From positions 149,251 through 213,250 of the forward strand of contig LFCK01000001.1 of assembly GCA_001189095.1 (NCBI GenBank): a stretch of DNA of 64,000 nt. The letters are read 5' to 3'. A program made the position numbers and the translations under genes. Every line of letters begins with the position of its first letter. Position 1 is the stretch's first letter. Below the pieces are notes generated by a model. That model was not told where the DNA came from, did not search any database, and saw only the letters and a program-made list of their open reading frames with translations. This stretch comes from Parcubacteria bacterium C7867-001 (GTDB taxonomy: Bacteria > Patescibacteriota > Minisyncoccia > Phycocordibacterales > Phycocordibacteraceae). This document shows positions 1 to 9,828 of the stretch, piece after piece.

Positions 1-413
1 CCCATGACGAAGTACTGGTCAGGTCCGAGTGTAGTCGTTCCACTATAGGTCGCATCTTCTGCGATGACATATGGCTCCTCAAGTGTGAGTTTTGTGCCGT
101 CAGTCTTGGTTATGTCGACTTTCCCGCGAGTGATGCGGAGCGTTTCTCCCGGAAGACCGATGATTCTCTTTATGTAGAAGATTTTAGGGTCGTTTGGATA
201 ACGGAAAACAACGACTTCGCCGCGTTCAGGCGCTTCAAAGCGGTAGGTTAGTTCGTCGACGATGAGGTAGTCGAGGTTTTTAAAGGTTGGGAACATGCTT
301 TCTCCTTCGACCACGAATGGTTGCGCGAGGAAAATGCGAATAGGGAGAACAATGACAATTGCGAGAACGATGAGGAGTAGGAGTTCCTTGGAAACGTTCT
401 CAATGAACTTCAT
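1..413 (-). CDS. lepB: Signal peptidase I (3' end outside window)
   Basis: Manual translation MKFIENVSKELLLLIVLAIVIVLPIRIFLAQPFVVEGESMFPT...YIKRIIGLPGE...QYFVMG; catalytic Ser (GESMFPT) and Lys (KRIIG) boxes. Confidence 0.95.
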   Translation of the reverse strand, partial: MKFIENVSKELLLLIVLAIVIVLPIRIFLAQPFVVEGESMFPTFKNLDYLIVDELTYRFEAPERGEVVVFRYPNDPKIFYIKRIIGLPGETLRITRGKVDITKTDGTKLTLEEPYVIAEDATYSGTTTLGPDQYFVM

Positions 414-526
414 GTAGGAGTATTGTACGCTCCACTTTTTTCGATGCAAGTTTTTCAATTCGCCTGTAACGAAAAACCGCCACGCTTTCGCGCGGCGGCC
501 TTTTTCGAAGCAACTTGACTTCACCG

Positions 527-754
527 TTACTCGGTGTCGGGCTCTTCCGAAGCGGCACCTTCCTGAAGTTGCACCAGCAGCGAATAGCACTGCAGGGCAT
601 CAATCAGGCCGTCCGACTCGGCTTTAACCGTCACGAGCGCGATTTCCACCGCCTTTGCGTCATTGCGTTCCAGAGCGTCTTTCAGCTCCGTGGGGCATTT
701 GTCGCCCCCAAACGCGATGAGGCATCGAGCAATGAAGTCCTTAGAGAAAGCCAT
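527..754 (-). CDS. Small hypothetical protein (75 aa)
   Basis: ATG at 754 after purine-rich AAGGGGGG; followed by hairpin/T-tract at ~472-505. Confidence 0.55.
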   Translation of the reverse strand: MAFSKDFIARCLIAFGGDKCPTELKDALERNDAKAVEIALVTVKAESDGLIDALQCYSLLVQLQEGAASEEPDTE

Positions 755-863
755 GAGGCCCCCCTTAGCTGCACCGGAGGAATGTACCGGCCTACCTACC
801 ATAGTACGCCATATATGACGTATTGTCAAGTATGAAGGGCGCCGCGTGCTACACTCGGGACTA

Positions 864-1463
864 ATGGCATTTGTGATCGTCGGACTCGGGAATCCCGGCA
901 AGGAATATGACAAGACCCGCCACAACGCGGGTCGCATGGCAGTCGAACTTCTCGCGAAGCAGGAAGATTTCGATGATTTTGAATTTAATAAAAAAGCGAA
1001 CGCGCTGGTGACCGACGGAACTATCGACGGCGAGAAAGTCACACTCGTACTTCCCGAGACCATGATGAATCTTTCAGGGAAATCTATTCCGGCCTACGTA
1101 AAAAGCGTGAAGGCTGCAAAAAATATGCTCGTGCTCCAAGACGAGCTCGATTTGCCGCTCGGTACCTTGAAAATGGTGTTCGGGAGGAATTCCGGTGGGC
1201 ACAAAGGCATCGAAAGCATCATGCGCGCTTTGAAAACCAAGGAATTCGCGCGCATTCGCGTCGGCATTTCAGGAGAAGGGAAAAAGCATCAAGCAAAAAA
1301 GCCGAATGGTGACGAGAAAGTAATTAAGCACGTCATTGGGAAATTCAAGCCGACAGAAGAAGCGGTTCTTAAGAAAAGCCTCAAGAAGGCGGTGCTTGCT
1401 GCGCGCACGTTTGTTACCGATGGTTGTGAACAGGCGACGATGGTCGCTAATACCCGCTCCTAA
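864..1463 (+). CDS. pth: Peptidyl-tRNA hydrolase
   Basis: GLGNPG..Y..TRHNAG, MNLSG and GGHKG motifs. Confidence 0.95.
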   Translation: MAFVIVGLGNPGKEYDKTRHNAGRMAVELLAKQEDFDDFEFNKKANALVTDGTIDGEKVTLVLPETMMNLSGKSIPAYVKSVKAAKNMLVLQDELDLPLGTLKMVFGRNSGGHKGIESIMRALKTKEFARIRVGISGEGKKHQAKKPNGDEKVIKHVIGKFKPTEEAVLKKSLKKAVLAARTFVTDGCEQATMVANTRS

Positions 1464-1507
1464 ACTTCCGTGCTAGGATGGCCGCTTGCATCGAATAGGA
1501 GGATGCA

Positions 1508-1855
1508 GTGAATGCTCAAGCCGCGGGTGTTACGCCCGCACAAACTGTCAGCTCCGACCGGACTCAACTGGCGGAAAAGCGGAAAATCGATCTTTGTAAC
1601 GACCTCGTGACGCTTCATCGGCAATATCCGCCTTTGCGGACGCCGAGCGGCGACCCCATTCCGTGCTCTACGGTGATGAATTTCGCCGCCGAGCGCTTGC
1701 TCAAGTATGCGGGGGAGAGTGGCATGTTCATGCATCACTCTCAACACGAATGGAAGCTCCTGCTCATCAAGATGGGCGCGGAACTCCGTTACGTCTTTTC
1801 GGCGCAATCCGAAGAAGACTTCAAGATGCGGTTTGCGGCCAGTAAGTGGTCGTGA
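1508..1855 (+). CDS. Hypothetical protein
   Basis: AGGAGG SD before the GTG start; terminator-like hairpin at ~1870-1900. Confidence 0.6.
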   Translation: MNAQAAGVTPAQTVSSDRTQLAEKRKIDLCNDLVTLHRQYPPLRTPSGDPIPCSTVMNFAAERLLKYAGESGMFMHHSQHEWKLLLIKMGAELRYVFSAQSEEDFKMRFAASKWS

Positions 1856-1938
1856 GCTAGTACAAAACAACGCGCCGGACCTTTGGTCCGGCGCGTTTTC
1901 CGTTTGCGAGAGCGGTATCCATCGGCGATACTCTACTG

Positions 1939-2709
1939 ATGAAAGATTTTCCTGACATTTTCCGCACGCGGTTCGATGACATCGTGTGCGAGTTTATTCT
2001 TCCAGCGCGTGAGTCGAAGAAAGTCATCATCCTCGCTGCAGGCGCTCCGGGGTATCCGGGCGGCAAAGACGACCTTATGCATTTCCTTTCGAAGAAAGGG
2101 TATTGGGTCTTCCTTCCGCGCTATCGCGGTACGTGGGAGAGTGATGGAAAATTCCTTGAGTTCTCTCCACACGAAGATCTCCTCCATGTCATGGACAAGC
2201 TGTCGACGGGCGACTTCATCGATCTCTGGAGCGGAACCTCGCATCAGATAGAAAATCCCGAGTTCTATCTCATCGGCGGGAGTTTCGGTGGTGCGGCAGC
2301 CATTCTAGCCTCGCGCGATCCGCGTGTCGTTAAAGCGGCGACCATTTGCGGCGTTGTTGACTGGCGCGAGCAGGAAGAGCACAGCATCGAATCACTTGAG
2401 GTTATGAGCACCTATGTGCCAGCGGCCTTTGGCCAAGCATACCGAAATGGCCCTGATGTATGGAAGAAACTCGTGATCGGGGATTTCTATAACCCCGCAT
2501 GGGAATCAGAAAGTATACTCGGTGTGAAGCTGCTCATGATGCACAACGAGGACGACCGCGTCGTTCCGATCGAAATCTCGAAGAAGTTCGCGGAGAATGT
2601 TGCCGCAACGTTCGTTTCTTTTAAGCAGGGAGGTCATCGCGCGCTTGGTGTGGTGCCTGAAGCGCGCTATTGGAATCGCATCGACAAATTTTTCCGCACC
2701 CCCCGCTAG
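1939..2709 (+). CDS. Alpha/beta-hydrolase (S9-like)
   Basis: YRGTWES, nucleophile elbow GGSFGG, D..V and GGH catalytic Asp/His. Confidence 0.85.
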   Translation: MKDFPDIFRTRFDDIVCEFILPARESKKVIILAAGAPGYPGGKDDLMHFLSKKGYWVFLPRYRGTWESDGKFLEFSPHEDLLHVMDKLSTGDFIDLWSGTSHQIENPEFYLIGGSFGGAAAILASRDPRVVKAATICGVVDWREQEEHSIESLEVMSTYVPAAFGQAYRNGPDVWKKLVIGDFYNPAWESESILGVKLLMMHNEDDRVVPIEISKKFAENVAATFVSFKQGGHRALGVVPEARYWNRIDKFFRTPR

Positions 2710-2730
2710 AGCGAGGACATTCAAAACGAG

Positions 2731-2856
2731 GCATTGCGGGAGCGCTCGGAAATCAAGGAGGCGAGTAGCAAAAACGCACTGTGTGAGCAGTGCGAGTTTG
2801 CGTTTTTGCGTGAAGCGAGCCGACTATGATTTCCGTAGCGCGGAAGCAGGGTGCGT
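2731..2856. repeat. Long nested imperfect palindrome (REP/MITE-like) between convergent genes
   Basis: cggaaatca/tgatttccg and gcaaaaacgca/tgcgtttttgc inverted arms. Confidence 0.55.
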
Positions 2857-2881
2857 CTCGTTTTTAATGTCCGAGCGGTCT

Positions 2882-4000
2882 CTACTTCTTTCCTGCGAAG
2901 GCGAGCGTCATGCGCTGGTCCTTTGGCTCGAAGAGCTTGATGACGAACGGATAGCTCTTGCCGAGTTCGAGTGTCTCGCGGAGTTCCTGCGGACTTTCGA
3001 ATTCCGACATGTGGACGAGTCCGGCAACACCTTCCTCGATGGATGCGAGTGCGCCATGCTTGTTGTACTTGATGACAACGCCCGTAACCTCCATGCCCTT
3101 CTTGTAGCGATCGTTTGCCGACTTCCAAGGGTTCTCTTTGAGCGCCTTGATGGAGAGGGAGACTTTGCCTTCCTTTATCTCGATGACTTTGACCTTTACC
3201 GCGTCGCCCACCTTGAACATTGCGCGCGGGTCTTCAACGAGGCCCCAGTCGAGCTCAGAGATGTGCACGAGGCCTTCGAGGCCCTGTTCGAGCTTCACGA
3301 AGACGCCGAAGTCGACTGCGCCGGTGACTTCGCCGTTTACGACGTCACCAACCTGATACTTATCGACGAGTGATGCCTTCTCAGTCTCTTCCTCATCGAG
3401 ACGTTCAGAGAAGATGAGTTTTCCTTCCTTCGCGTCTGCGGTGATGATGCGGACCGGAAGCGTGGTGCCCACGAGCTTGCCGAGTTCAGAAAGGATTTTG
3501 TCCTTATCTCCTTCCGGCACGCGCGGATAATGATCCTTCGTAAGCTGAGAAGCAGGAAGGAAGCCCTTGATGCCCTGCCATGAAAGGATGAGGCCGCCCT
3601 TGTTCGCTTCTTCGACGGTGAGGTTGTAGATGGTCTGAGAAATGATTGCGGTTTCCGCTTCACCCCAGATAGCTGCCTGACGAGCTTCCTTGAGAGAGAG
3701 TTCGATGTAGCCATCGCGACCAGAAAGGTCAACGACCTTCGCCGTGATGGTGTCGCCCGGATTCGCCTTGCGAAGGACGTCCGCTGCGTTGAGGTATTCG
3801 CGGCCGTAAATGAGGCCGGTGCCGAACGGCGGAAGATCGACGTACACCTTGCCGCGGGTAAGTGCGATGATGGTGCCCTCGATCAAATCTCCCGAACGAG
3901 GCGGGGTAGCGATGCTTTCGATAAGACCGGCCATTGGGTGGCCTTCTTCGACAACGACCGTCATGGGGATGGTCGGAGTCTTTTTCTCCTCGTGCTCCAT
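2882..4000 (-). CDS. rpsA: 30S ribosomal protein S1 (short, four S1 domains)
   Basis: Repeated S1 motifs GFLPASQL, FGVFV..GLVHISEL, GLVHMSE. Confidence 0.9.
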   Translation of the reverse strand: MEHEEKKTPTIPMTVVVEEGHPMAGLIESIATPPRSGDLIEGTIIALTRGKVYVDLPPFGTGLIYGREYLNAADVLRKANPGDTITAKVVDLSGRDGYIELSLKEARQAAIWGEAETAIISQTIYNLTVEEANKGGLILSWQGIKGFLPASQLTKDHYPRVPEGDKDKILSELGKLVGTTLPVRIITADAKEGKLIFSERLDEEETEKASLVDKYQVGDVVNGEVTGAVDFGVFVKLEQGLEGLVHISELDWGLVEDPRAMFKVGDAVKVKVIEIKEGKVSLSIKALKENPWKSANDRYKKGMEVTGVVIKYNKHGALASIEEGVAGLVHMSEFESPQELRETLELGKSYPFVIKLFEPKDQRMTLAFAGKK

Positions 4001-4127
4001 ATATATAAGACAGGCGGCCCTGCGCATCTCGGGGATTGAAGCTCTCGCCTCAAGGGTTATTCCGATAGCGTCTTACGCGGTCCCAGCCCGTAACGGGAGG
4101 ACTATAGCATTTAGAGCATGAAAAGCA

Positions 4128-4332
4128 AAATCCCCCGACGCTAGGCGCCGGGGGATTCGTTTCTCTCTCTGAGTCCGCGTTTTTCTCTAAACAAGGGTCA
4201 CCGTATTGCTACGGCGGTGTTCCTGAGTAGTACACGCGCACCTCCTAAGGGAGTAAAATTATCGGAAGGACTTTTTCTGCTAGCGGCGCCTACATCGCTG
4301 GCGTCGGGTCACTGCCTTCCGAACTGTGCCGT
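4128..4332 (-). ncRNA. Candidate stand-alone structured small RNA or micro-ORF transcript
   Basis: TTGACA-17-TAGGGT promoter (4366-4338), stem tcggaagg/ccttccga, terminator at 4128-4157. Confidence 0.45.
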
Positions 4333-4441
4333 TGGCTACCCTAGCATGACATATAAAAACTGTCAAGCACGCGGGGGTAAAAAAGAAAGCGCGCTAGGCA
4401 GAGCCTAGCGCGCTTGGTACGAGAGGGTCTCGAAGCCGATC

Positions 4442-5479
4442 TTAGAAGATCAGCTGCTTCGAGTTCATGACGCGGTCGACGACTTCTTGTTCGATTGGGA
4501 AATCGCCGTATTGGACGATGATTGCCGTCGCGGAGCCGTGCCGAGTGACCACGATGGGGTCCCAGCCGGACTCGCGTTCGATGCGCCGGCGTTCCCGCTC
4601 GGCGTGTGCATCGGCTTTCATCTTGTCGTAGGCGCCCTTGCGGGTGTCGAGGAACGCGCGGATCGGATCGTCGATGAGGCGAATAGCACCGCCGACCACG
4701 TAGGTCGTGAGCTTGAATTTCGCCTCATGCGCTTTGAGCAGATTGGTTTGGGCGTCTTCCGGCGCTTCGGGGAGTTCGATTTTCATCGAGACGCTCATGC
4801 CTGTCGGTTCGACGAGATTCGGCCAGAGCGCTTTTGCGCGCGCGTCCGGATCTTTCGGCATACGCCGCTTCAGGAGTTCGTATTCGAACTTCTTCGCAAC
4901 GTCTGGTCGCTGGGTCTCGCCGTCGAAGTTCATCGAGTTGACGATTCCGCCAACAAGGCCGCCGACGACAATTGCCAAAATGACGCAGTCGATGACGGTC
5001 CAGATCATGAACCAGTGTGCGAGATAGTGGGTCAGAAAGATACCCACAGCGACGCCTGCGGCGGCGCCGATGAGACCGGCGATGGCCGCATGGTTCTCCA
5101 TGGCGTCTTTCGCGTCGTCGACGACTTGGTCGAGAAGCGCGGTATCCGCTCTCACAGCGCTGTGTTCGTTGGGTTCGAACCGGAAGAGGCCGGCCGCTTT
5201 GGTGATGGCGTCCCATGAGGTGGTCGGAACCACGGTCAGGTAGGAAACGCCAGCGGTTTCGAGCTTTTGTTTGATCGCCGCTTCATCCGCCTGATAGGCC
5301 CGAAGGGCCTGTCGGTGGGTTTCAGTGGCGCGCTCGACGACGGCACCGTCATAGACTTTGATGCCGGCGATGCGCCTGTGCGCGTTGGCCGTGTCGACGA
5401 AGGGTGTCGGGTCAGCAATCTGCTTTTCGACAGCTTTTCCGACCGCCTCGTTGATATACGCGAGATTTGTGCTCGCCAT
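4442..5479 (-). CDS. Hypothetical membrane protein (two TM helices)
   Basis: AAGGAG SD, 345 codons, central hydrophobic hairpin. Confidence 0.75.
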   Translation of the reverse strand: MASTNLAYINEAVGKAVEKQIADPTPFVDTANAHRRIAGIKVYDGAVVERATETHRQALRAYQADEAAIKQKLETAGVSYLTVVPTTSWDAITKAAGLFRFEPNEHSAVRADTALLDQVVDDAKDAMENHAAIAGLIGAAAGVAVGIFLTHYLAHWFMIWTVIDCVILAIVVGGLVGGIVNSMNFDGETQRPDVAKKFEYELLKRRMPKDPDARAKALWPNLVEPTGMSVSMKIELPEAPEDAQTNLLKAHEAKFKLTTYVVGGAIRLIDDPIRAFLDTRKGAYDKMKADAHAERERRRIERESGWDPIVVTRHGSATAIIVQYGDFPIEQEVVDRVMNSKQLIF

Positions 5480-5671
5480 GATTACTCTCCTTAAAAGAGC
5501 GCGCAGGGACGAATTCCCCACGATGGAGTGAATAGTATGTAAAATACGGTTTATGTCAAATTGAAACCCCGGCGCAAAGCGCCGGGGTTTGGAGGATAAG
5601 AAGGGGTGATGAAAATGCTTCCAAACAGCCTCCTTTCATCAGTCGCGAGCGGAACGTTCGCGAGGCGAGAG

Positions 5672-5872
5672 TTAGATCGTCTCGTCGCTCACCGTGCCGG
5701 GCCACGTCTCGATGGTGATCCCATCGTCGCCGATGCTGCCGCCGTCAGGCCAGCAACCACCGCCACCACCGTCGCCGAGATGGCCATGGCCGTCCGAGAC
5801 GCCCCAGCCTTCGATCGTCGTCTCCGGCTTCTTGAAAGCCGGTCGCACCCGCACCCGTTTTTGAATGAGCAT
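5672..5872 (-). CDS. Small Gly/Asp-rich peptide with an internal repeat
   Basis: AAGGGGAG SD; TIExWx(x)(x)VSD motif occurs twice. Confidence 0.55.
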   Translation of the reverse strand: MLIQKRVRVRPAFKKPETTIEGWGVSDGHGHLGDGGGGGCWPDGGSIGDDGITIETWPGTVSDETI

Positions 5873-5944
5873 GACTCACTCCCTTTATTTGAATCAGGAC
5901 AGTCCCGATTCGCCTGACTTTGACGATAGCACGCATATGTAAAT

Positions 5945-6135
5945 AAAAAAGCCCGAGCAGTGCTCGGGCCGTGGGGAGGGGCGGTGATAGCCGCCCCTCC
6001 TTCGCCGTAGCGATCCTTTATTCACCTGGGATCTAGGCGACGACGTGACCGTCCGATTGTTTGCGCATATGCAACTCCCGTGGCACACGATTGATATCCG
6101 GACCTATTGGGTTTATCTGACCCAGTTCGCGGATT
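5945..6135 (-). ncRNA. Candidate structured ncRNA (~190 nt)
   Basis: TGnTATTCT extended -10 at 6149-6141, several GC stems, intrinsic terminator at 5945-5969. Confidence 0.5.
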
Positions 6136-6227
6136 AAGGGAGAATAGCATTCGAATACAGAGCCACAAGGTCACGCCCTGTATAACATTTGCATGCGGCG
6201 CCCTTCATTTTTTGCTACAATTCATGA

Positions 6228-6869
6228 ATGGTCATCACCCATCACGGCGGTCAGTGTTTCAAGGTTACCTTCGGCGACATCACCGTCGTCTTCGACCCCG
6301 TCAGCAAGAGCGGGACGCTCCCCGCGGTACGTTTTGGCGCGGACATCGCGCTCGTTTCGAGGAATCATCCAGACATGAATGGTGTCGAAGAAGTTACCTT
6401 CGGTAACAAGGAACCATTTGCTATTACCGGACCCGGTGAATACGAGTTCGGCGGCGTGACCGTGCAAGGCTTCCTCACCAAAAGCGAATACGGACTTAAG
6501 AAAGGAGAAGCGAACGCAATAAATACCGTCTACGCAGTGAAGCTTGAGAACATGACGCTTGTGCATTTGGGTGCACTCGCCGAGCCGAATCTTTCAGTCG
6601 AGGCGCGCGAAGCAATCGACGACATCGACGTGCTTTTCGTACCGGTCGGTGCCGATGGCGTGCTCGATGCCGCAGCCGCAAGCAAGATAGCGACCACACT
6701 CGAGCCGCACATCATAATCCCGATGCACTGGAGTGGCATGGGCGCCCCTAAATCGCTCGATGCCTTTATAAAGGAGGAGGGCGGCTCTTCAGAAAAGACC
6801 GATAAGCTCACCCTGAAAAAGAAGGATGCAGCAGAGAAGGACGGTGCTATCATAGTCATAACGCCCTAA
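6228..6869 (+). CDS. MBL-fold metallo-hydrolase (Lactamase_B_3-like)
   Basis: ITHHGGQCF, VSRNHPDMN, VHLG and IIPMHW motifs. Confidence 0.85.
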   Translation: MVITHHGGQCFKVTFGDITVVFDPVSKSGTLPAVRFGADIALVSRNHPDMNGVEEVTFGNKEPFAITGPGEYEFGGVTVQGFLTKSEYGLKKGEANAINTVYAVKLENMTLVHLGALAEPNLSVEAREAIDDIDVLFVPVGADGVLDAAAASKIATTLEPHIIIPMHWSGMGAPKSLDAFIKEEGGSSEKTDKLTLKKKDAAEKDGAIIVITP

Positions 6870-6874
6870 CGCTT

Positions 6875-7189
6875 ATGAAAGACCTCGTCGAACGCCTCCG
6901 CGCAAAGCCTGAGCACATCCGCCGCCGCATCACGCTCGGAACGAGTGTCGGCGTCACCGGCGTTGTCGCCATTGCGTGGCTCATCGCGTTGGTCACTTCA
7001 AGTCCGCTCCTGCTTCCGACTACTTCCGTAAATCTTGCAAACACCGGCCCGCAATTCCCGAATCTCCTCGGCGGAGCAGCCGCTGCGTTTGGTTCGCCTG
7101 AAGCGAACTCACTCACAATTGAAGATGGGGCTGCTTCTTCGACGCTCGATAGGAGCGAAACTGATACTCGCACCGTCATTCCGTTTTAA
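6875..7189 (+). CDS. Hypothetical single-TM protein
   Basis: Basic N-terminus followed by a TM helix; in the same run of genes as gyrA. Confidence 0.7.
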   Translation: MKDLVERLRAKPEHIRRRITLGTSVGVTGVVAIAWLIALVTSSPLLLPTTSVNLANTGPQFPNLLGGAAAAFGSPEANSLTIEDGAASSTLDRSETDTRTVIPF

Positions 7190-7191
7190 TC

Positions 7192-9657
7192 ATGGCTAAG
7201 AAGGAAGCACCGGAAACGCCTCCGCAGAATGCGGCACAGGTCATAGAGCAGAGCATTGTCGGCGAGATGCGCTCGTCGTATCTCGACTATGCAATGTCCG
7301 TCATCACGAGTCGCGCGCTTCCGGACGTTCGTGACGGTTTGAAGCCGGTGCATCGCCGCATCCTCTACTCGATGTATGAAAACGGGAACACGGCGAGCGG
7401 TCGCACGAAGAAATCGGCAACGGTGGTCGGCGACGTGATCGGTAAGTATCACCCGCACGGCGACGTTGCTGTGTACGACGCGATGGTAAAGCTCGCTCAG
7501 GAATTCACGACACGTTATCCGCTCATCATCGGTCAAGGTAACTTCGGTTCGGTCGACGGTGATCCACCGGCAGCCTACCGCTACACCGAAGCGAAAATGT
7601 CGCGCCTCGGCGGCTCTTTGCTTGATGATCTCGATAAGGAGACGGTGTCGTGGAATCCAAACTACGATGGCTCGAAGAAAGAGCCAGTGGTGCTTCCGGC
7701 GACAGTTCCGAACCTTCTCCTCAATGGCACGCTCGGCATCGCCGTCGGTATGGCGACGAATATTCCGCCGCACAATCTGCGCGAAGTGGTTGCAGCAACC
7801 ACGCACCTCATCGATGACTCGTCAGCAACCACCGACGATCTCCTTGAGTTCGTGAAGGGTCCTGACTTCCCGCTTGGTGCCGTTGCGTTCAATCAGGCGG
7901 ACATTAAGCACGCCTATGTAAACGGTAAGGGCGGCGTGGTCGTGCGCGGCGAGGCGGAAATCATCGAAGAGAAGAAGGGAACCATCATCGTCATCACCTC
8001 CATTCCGTTCCGCGTGAACAAGGCGGATCTCATCACCCGCATGGCAGAACTCGTGCATGAAAAGAAGCTTGAGGGCATCAAGGACCTTCGCGATGAATCG
8101 ACCGACGACATCCGTGTCGTGGTGGAACTCAAAGGTACGGCGCATCCGCAGCAGGTCTTGAACGCGCTCTACAAGCATACCGAGCTCGAGAGCACCTTCC
8201 ACTACAACATGCTCGCGCTTGTCGACGGCGTGCCGCAGACACTTTCTTTGAAGGGCATCCTCGAGCAGTTCATCAAGCATCGCCGCGAGGTGGTGAAGCG
8301 CCGCACGGAATACGATCTTAGGAAAGCGGAAGAGCGCGAGCATATTCTCCTCGGCCTCTCCAAAGCACTCGATCATATCGATGAAATCATCGCGATCATC
8401 AAGAAGTCGAAGGATGTTCCGGAAGCGGACGCGGCGCTCCAAAAGAAATTTAGTTTCTCTGAACGCCAGACGGCCGCCATCCTTGCGATGCGTCTCCAGA
8501 CGCTCGCTGGTCTCGAGCGCAAGAAAATCGAAGACGAACTCACGGAAATTCAGGAACTCATCAAGAAGCTGAAGAAAATCCTTTCCTCGGAAAAGAATAT
8601 CCTCGCCGTTGTTCGCGAAGAGCTCGTTGCGGTCGCTGAGAAGTACGGCGACGATCGCCGCACGAAGATCGTGAAGGGTGGCGTAAAAAATATTTCCATA
8701 GAAGACATGGTGCCGGATGAGGAGTCCGTGCTCGTGATTACTGCAGGCGGATACGTGAAGCGCACGAATCCGAATGAATACAAAGCGCAGAAGCGTGGCG
8801 GCGTCGGCGTTATCGACATGTCGACCAAGGAAGAAGATGTGGTGACGCATTTCCTCTCCACCAGTGCGCATTCGGATCTCCTCTTCTTTACCGACTACGG
8901 CAAGGTGTACCAGACGAAGATGTACGACATTCCGGAAGGACGCCGTGCAACCAAGGGAAAGTCCATTATGAACTTCCTCCCGCTTGCGGCCGACGAAAAG
9001 GTGACGAGCGTTTTGCCGGTGCCGAAGGGAGCCGAGCGCGCTGCGCTTTCGGTGGTACTTGTGACGGACGCCGGTGTCGTGAAGAAGGTCGAGGCGAAAA
9101 ATTTTGCAGACGTGCGTCGCTCGGGCATCATCGCTATCAATCTCAAAGCGCCAGACAGGCTCGTTTCCGCAAACCTTGCGGGCACGGGCGACAGCGTTTC
9201 CATCGTTACCTCCGCTGGTCAATCAATTCGTTTTGACGAAGAAGAAGTTCGCGCAATGGGACGCACGGCAGCGGGTGTCCGCGGCATGAGCGTGAAGAAA
9301 GGAGACTATGTCGTCTCAGCGGAAGTCATTCCGGCAAACGCAAAGAAAGCAGCGCTCCTTGTCGTCATGGAGAAGGGTTACGGCAAGCACACTGATATGG
9401 ATGAATATAAGGTGCAGGGTCGCGGCGGCTCCGGAATAAAGACGGCGGACGTGACCGCGAAGACGGGAAAGATTATCGGTGCGAAAGTTCTCGCAGGCGA
9501 GGATTTGAAAGTAGAAGAAATCGTCGTCATTTCGAAGAAGGGACAAGTCATCCGCGTTTCAGCATCAGAAATCCCATCACTTTCGCGCGCGACGCAGGGC
9601 GTACGCATTATGAAAATGCGCGAAGGGGATTCCATCGCTTCCATGGTCGCTCTGTAG
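7192..9657 (+). CDS. gyrA: DNA gyrase subunit A
   Basis: [29 protein letters not shown] and GyrA-box QKRGGVG. Confidence 0.98.
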   Translation: MAKKEAPETPPQNAAQVIEQSIVGEMRSSYLDYAMSVITSRALPDVRDGLKPVHRRILYSMYENGNTASGRTKKSATVVGDVIGKYHPHGDVAVYDAMVKLAQEFTTRYPLIIGQGNFGSVDGDPPAAYRYTEAKMSRLGGSLLDDLDKETVSWNPNYDGSKKEPVVLPATVPNLLLNGTLGIAVGMATNIPPHNLREVVAATTHLIDDSSATTDDLLEFVKGPDFPLGAVAFNQADIKHAYVNGKGGVVVRGEAEIIEEKKGTIIVITSIPFRVNKADLITRMAELVHEKKLEGIKDLRDESTDDIRVVVELKGTAHPQQVLNALYKHTELESTFHYNMLALVDGVPQTLSLKGILEQFIKHRREVVKRRTEYDLRKAEEREHILLGLSKALDHIDEIIAIIKKSKDVPEADAALQKKFSFSERQTAAILAMRLQTLAGLERKKIEDELTEIQELIKKLKKILSSEKNILAVVREELVAVAEKYGDDRRTKIVKGGVKNISIEDMVPDEESVLVITAGGYVKRTNPNEYKAQKRGGVGVIDMSTKEEDVVTHFLSTSAHSDLLFFTDYGKVYQTKMYDIPEGRRATKGKSIMNFLPLAADEKVTSVLPVPKGAERAALSVVLVTDAGVVKKVEAKNFADVRRSGIIAINLKAPDRLVSANLAGTGDSVSIVTSAGQSIRFDEEEVRAMGRTAAGVRGMSVKKGDYVVSAEVIPANAKKAALLVVMEKGYGKHTDMDEYKVQGRGGSGIKTADVTAKTGKIIGAKVLAGEDLKVEEIVVISKKGQVIRVSASEIPSLSRATQGVRIMKMREGDSIASMVAL

Positions 9658-9794
9658 TTCCTCCGAAAATACGCCATCTGCTGCGTTGCGGAGCCTCCCG
9701 ATTTCTTCCAAGGAACTGATTTTTTAGTGATCGAAAATAATACAGCAAATAAGCCATACTTTTAGCACTCTGGGTGGACATTTTTTAAAAGTAC

Positions 9795-9822
9795 TTGACA
9801 AATTTAGTGGTTTGTGTATATT
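9795..9822 (+). promoter_or_regulatory. Sigma70-type promoter
   Basis: TTGACA-16nt-TATATT with TG just upstream and an AT-rich upstream tract. Confidence 0.7.
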
Positions 9823-9828
9823 GGGAGA

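Noticed and set aside
7822-9222. Long antisense ORFs opposite gyrA (also opposite clpB, topA and serS)
   Set aside because: Shadow ORFs caused by GC3-biased codon usage; the sense genes are unambiguous.
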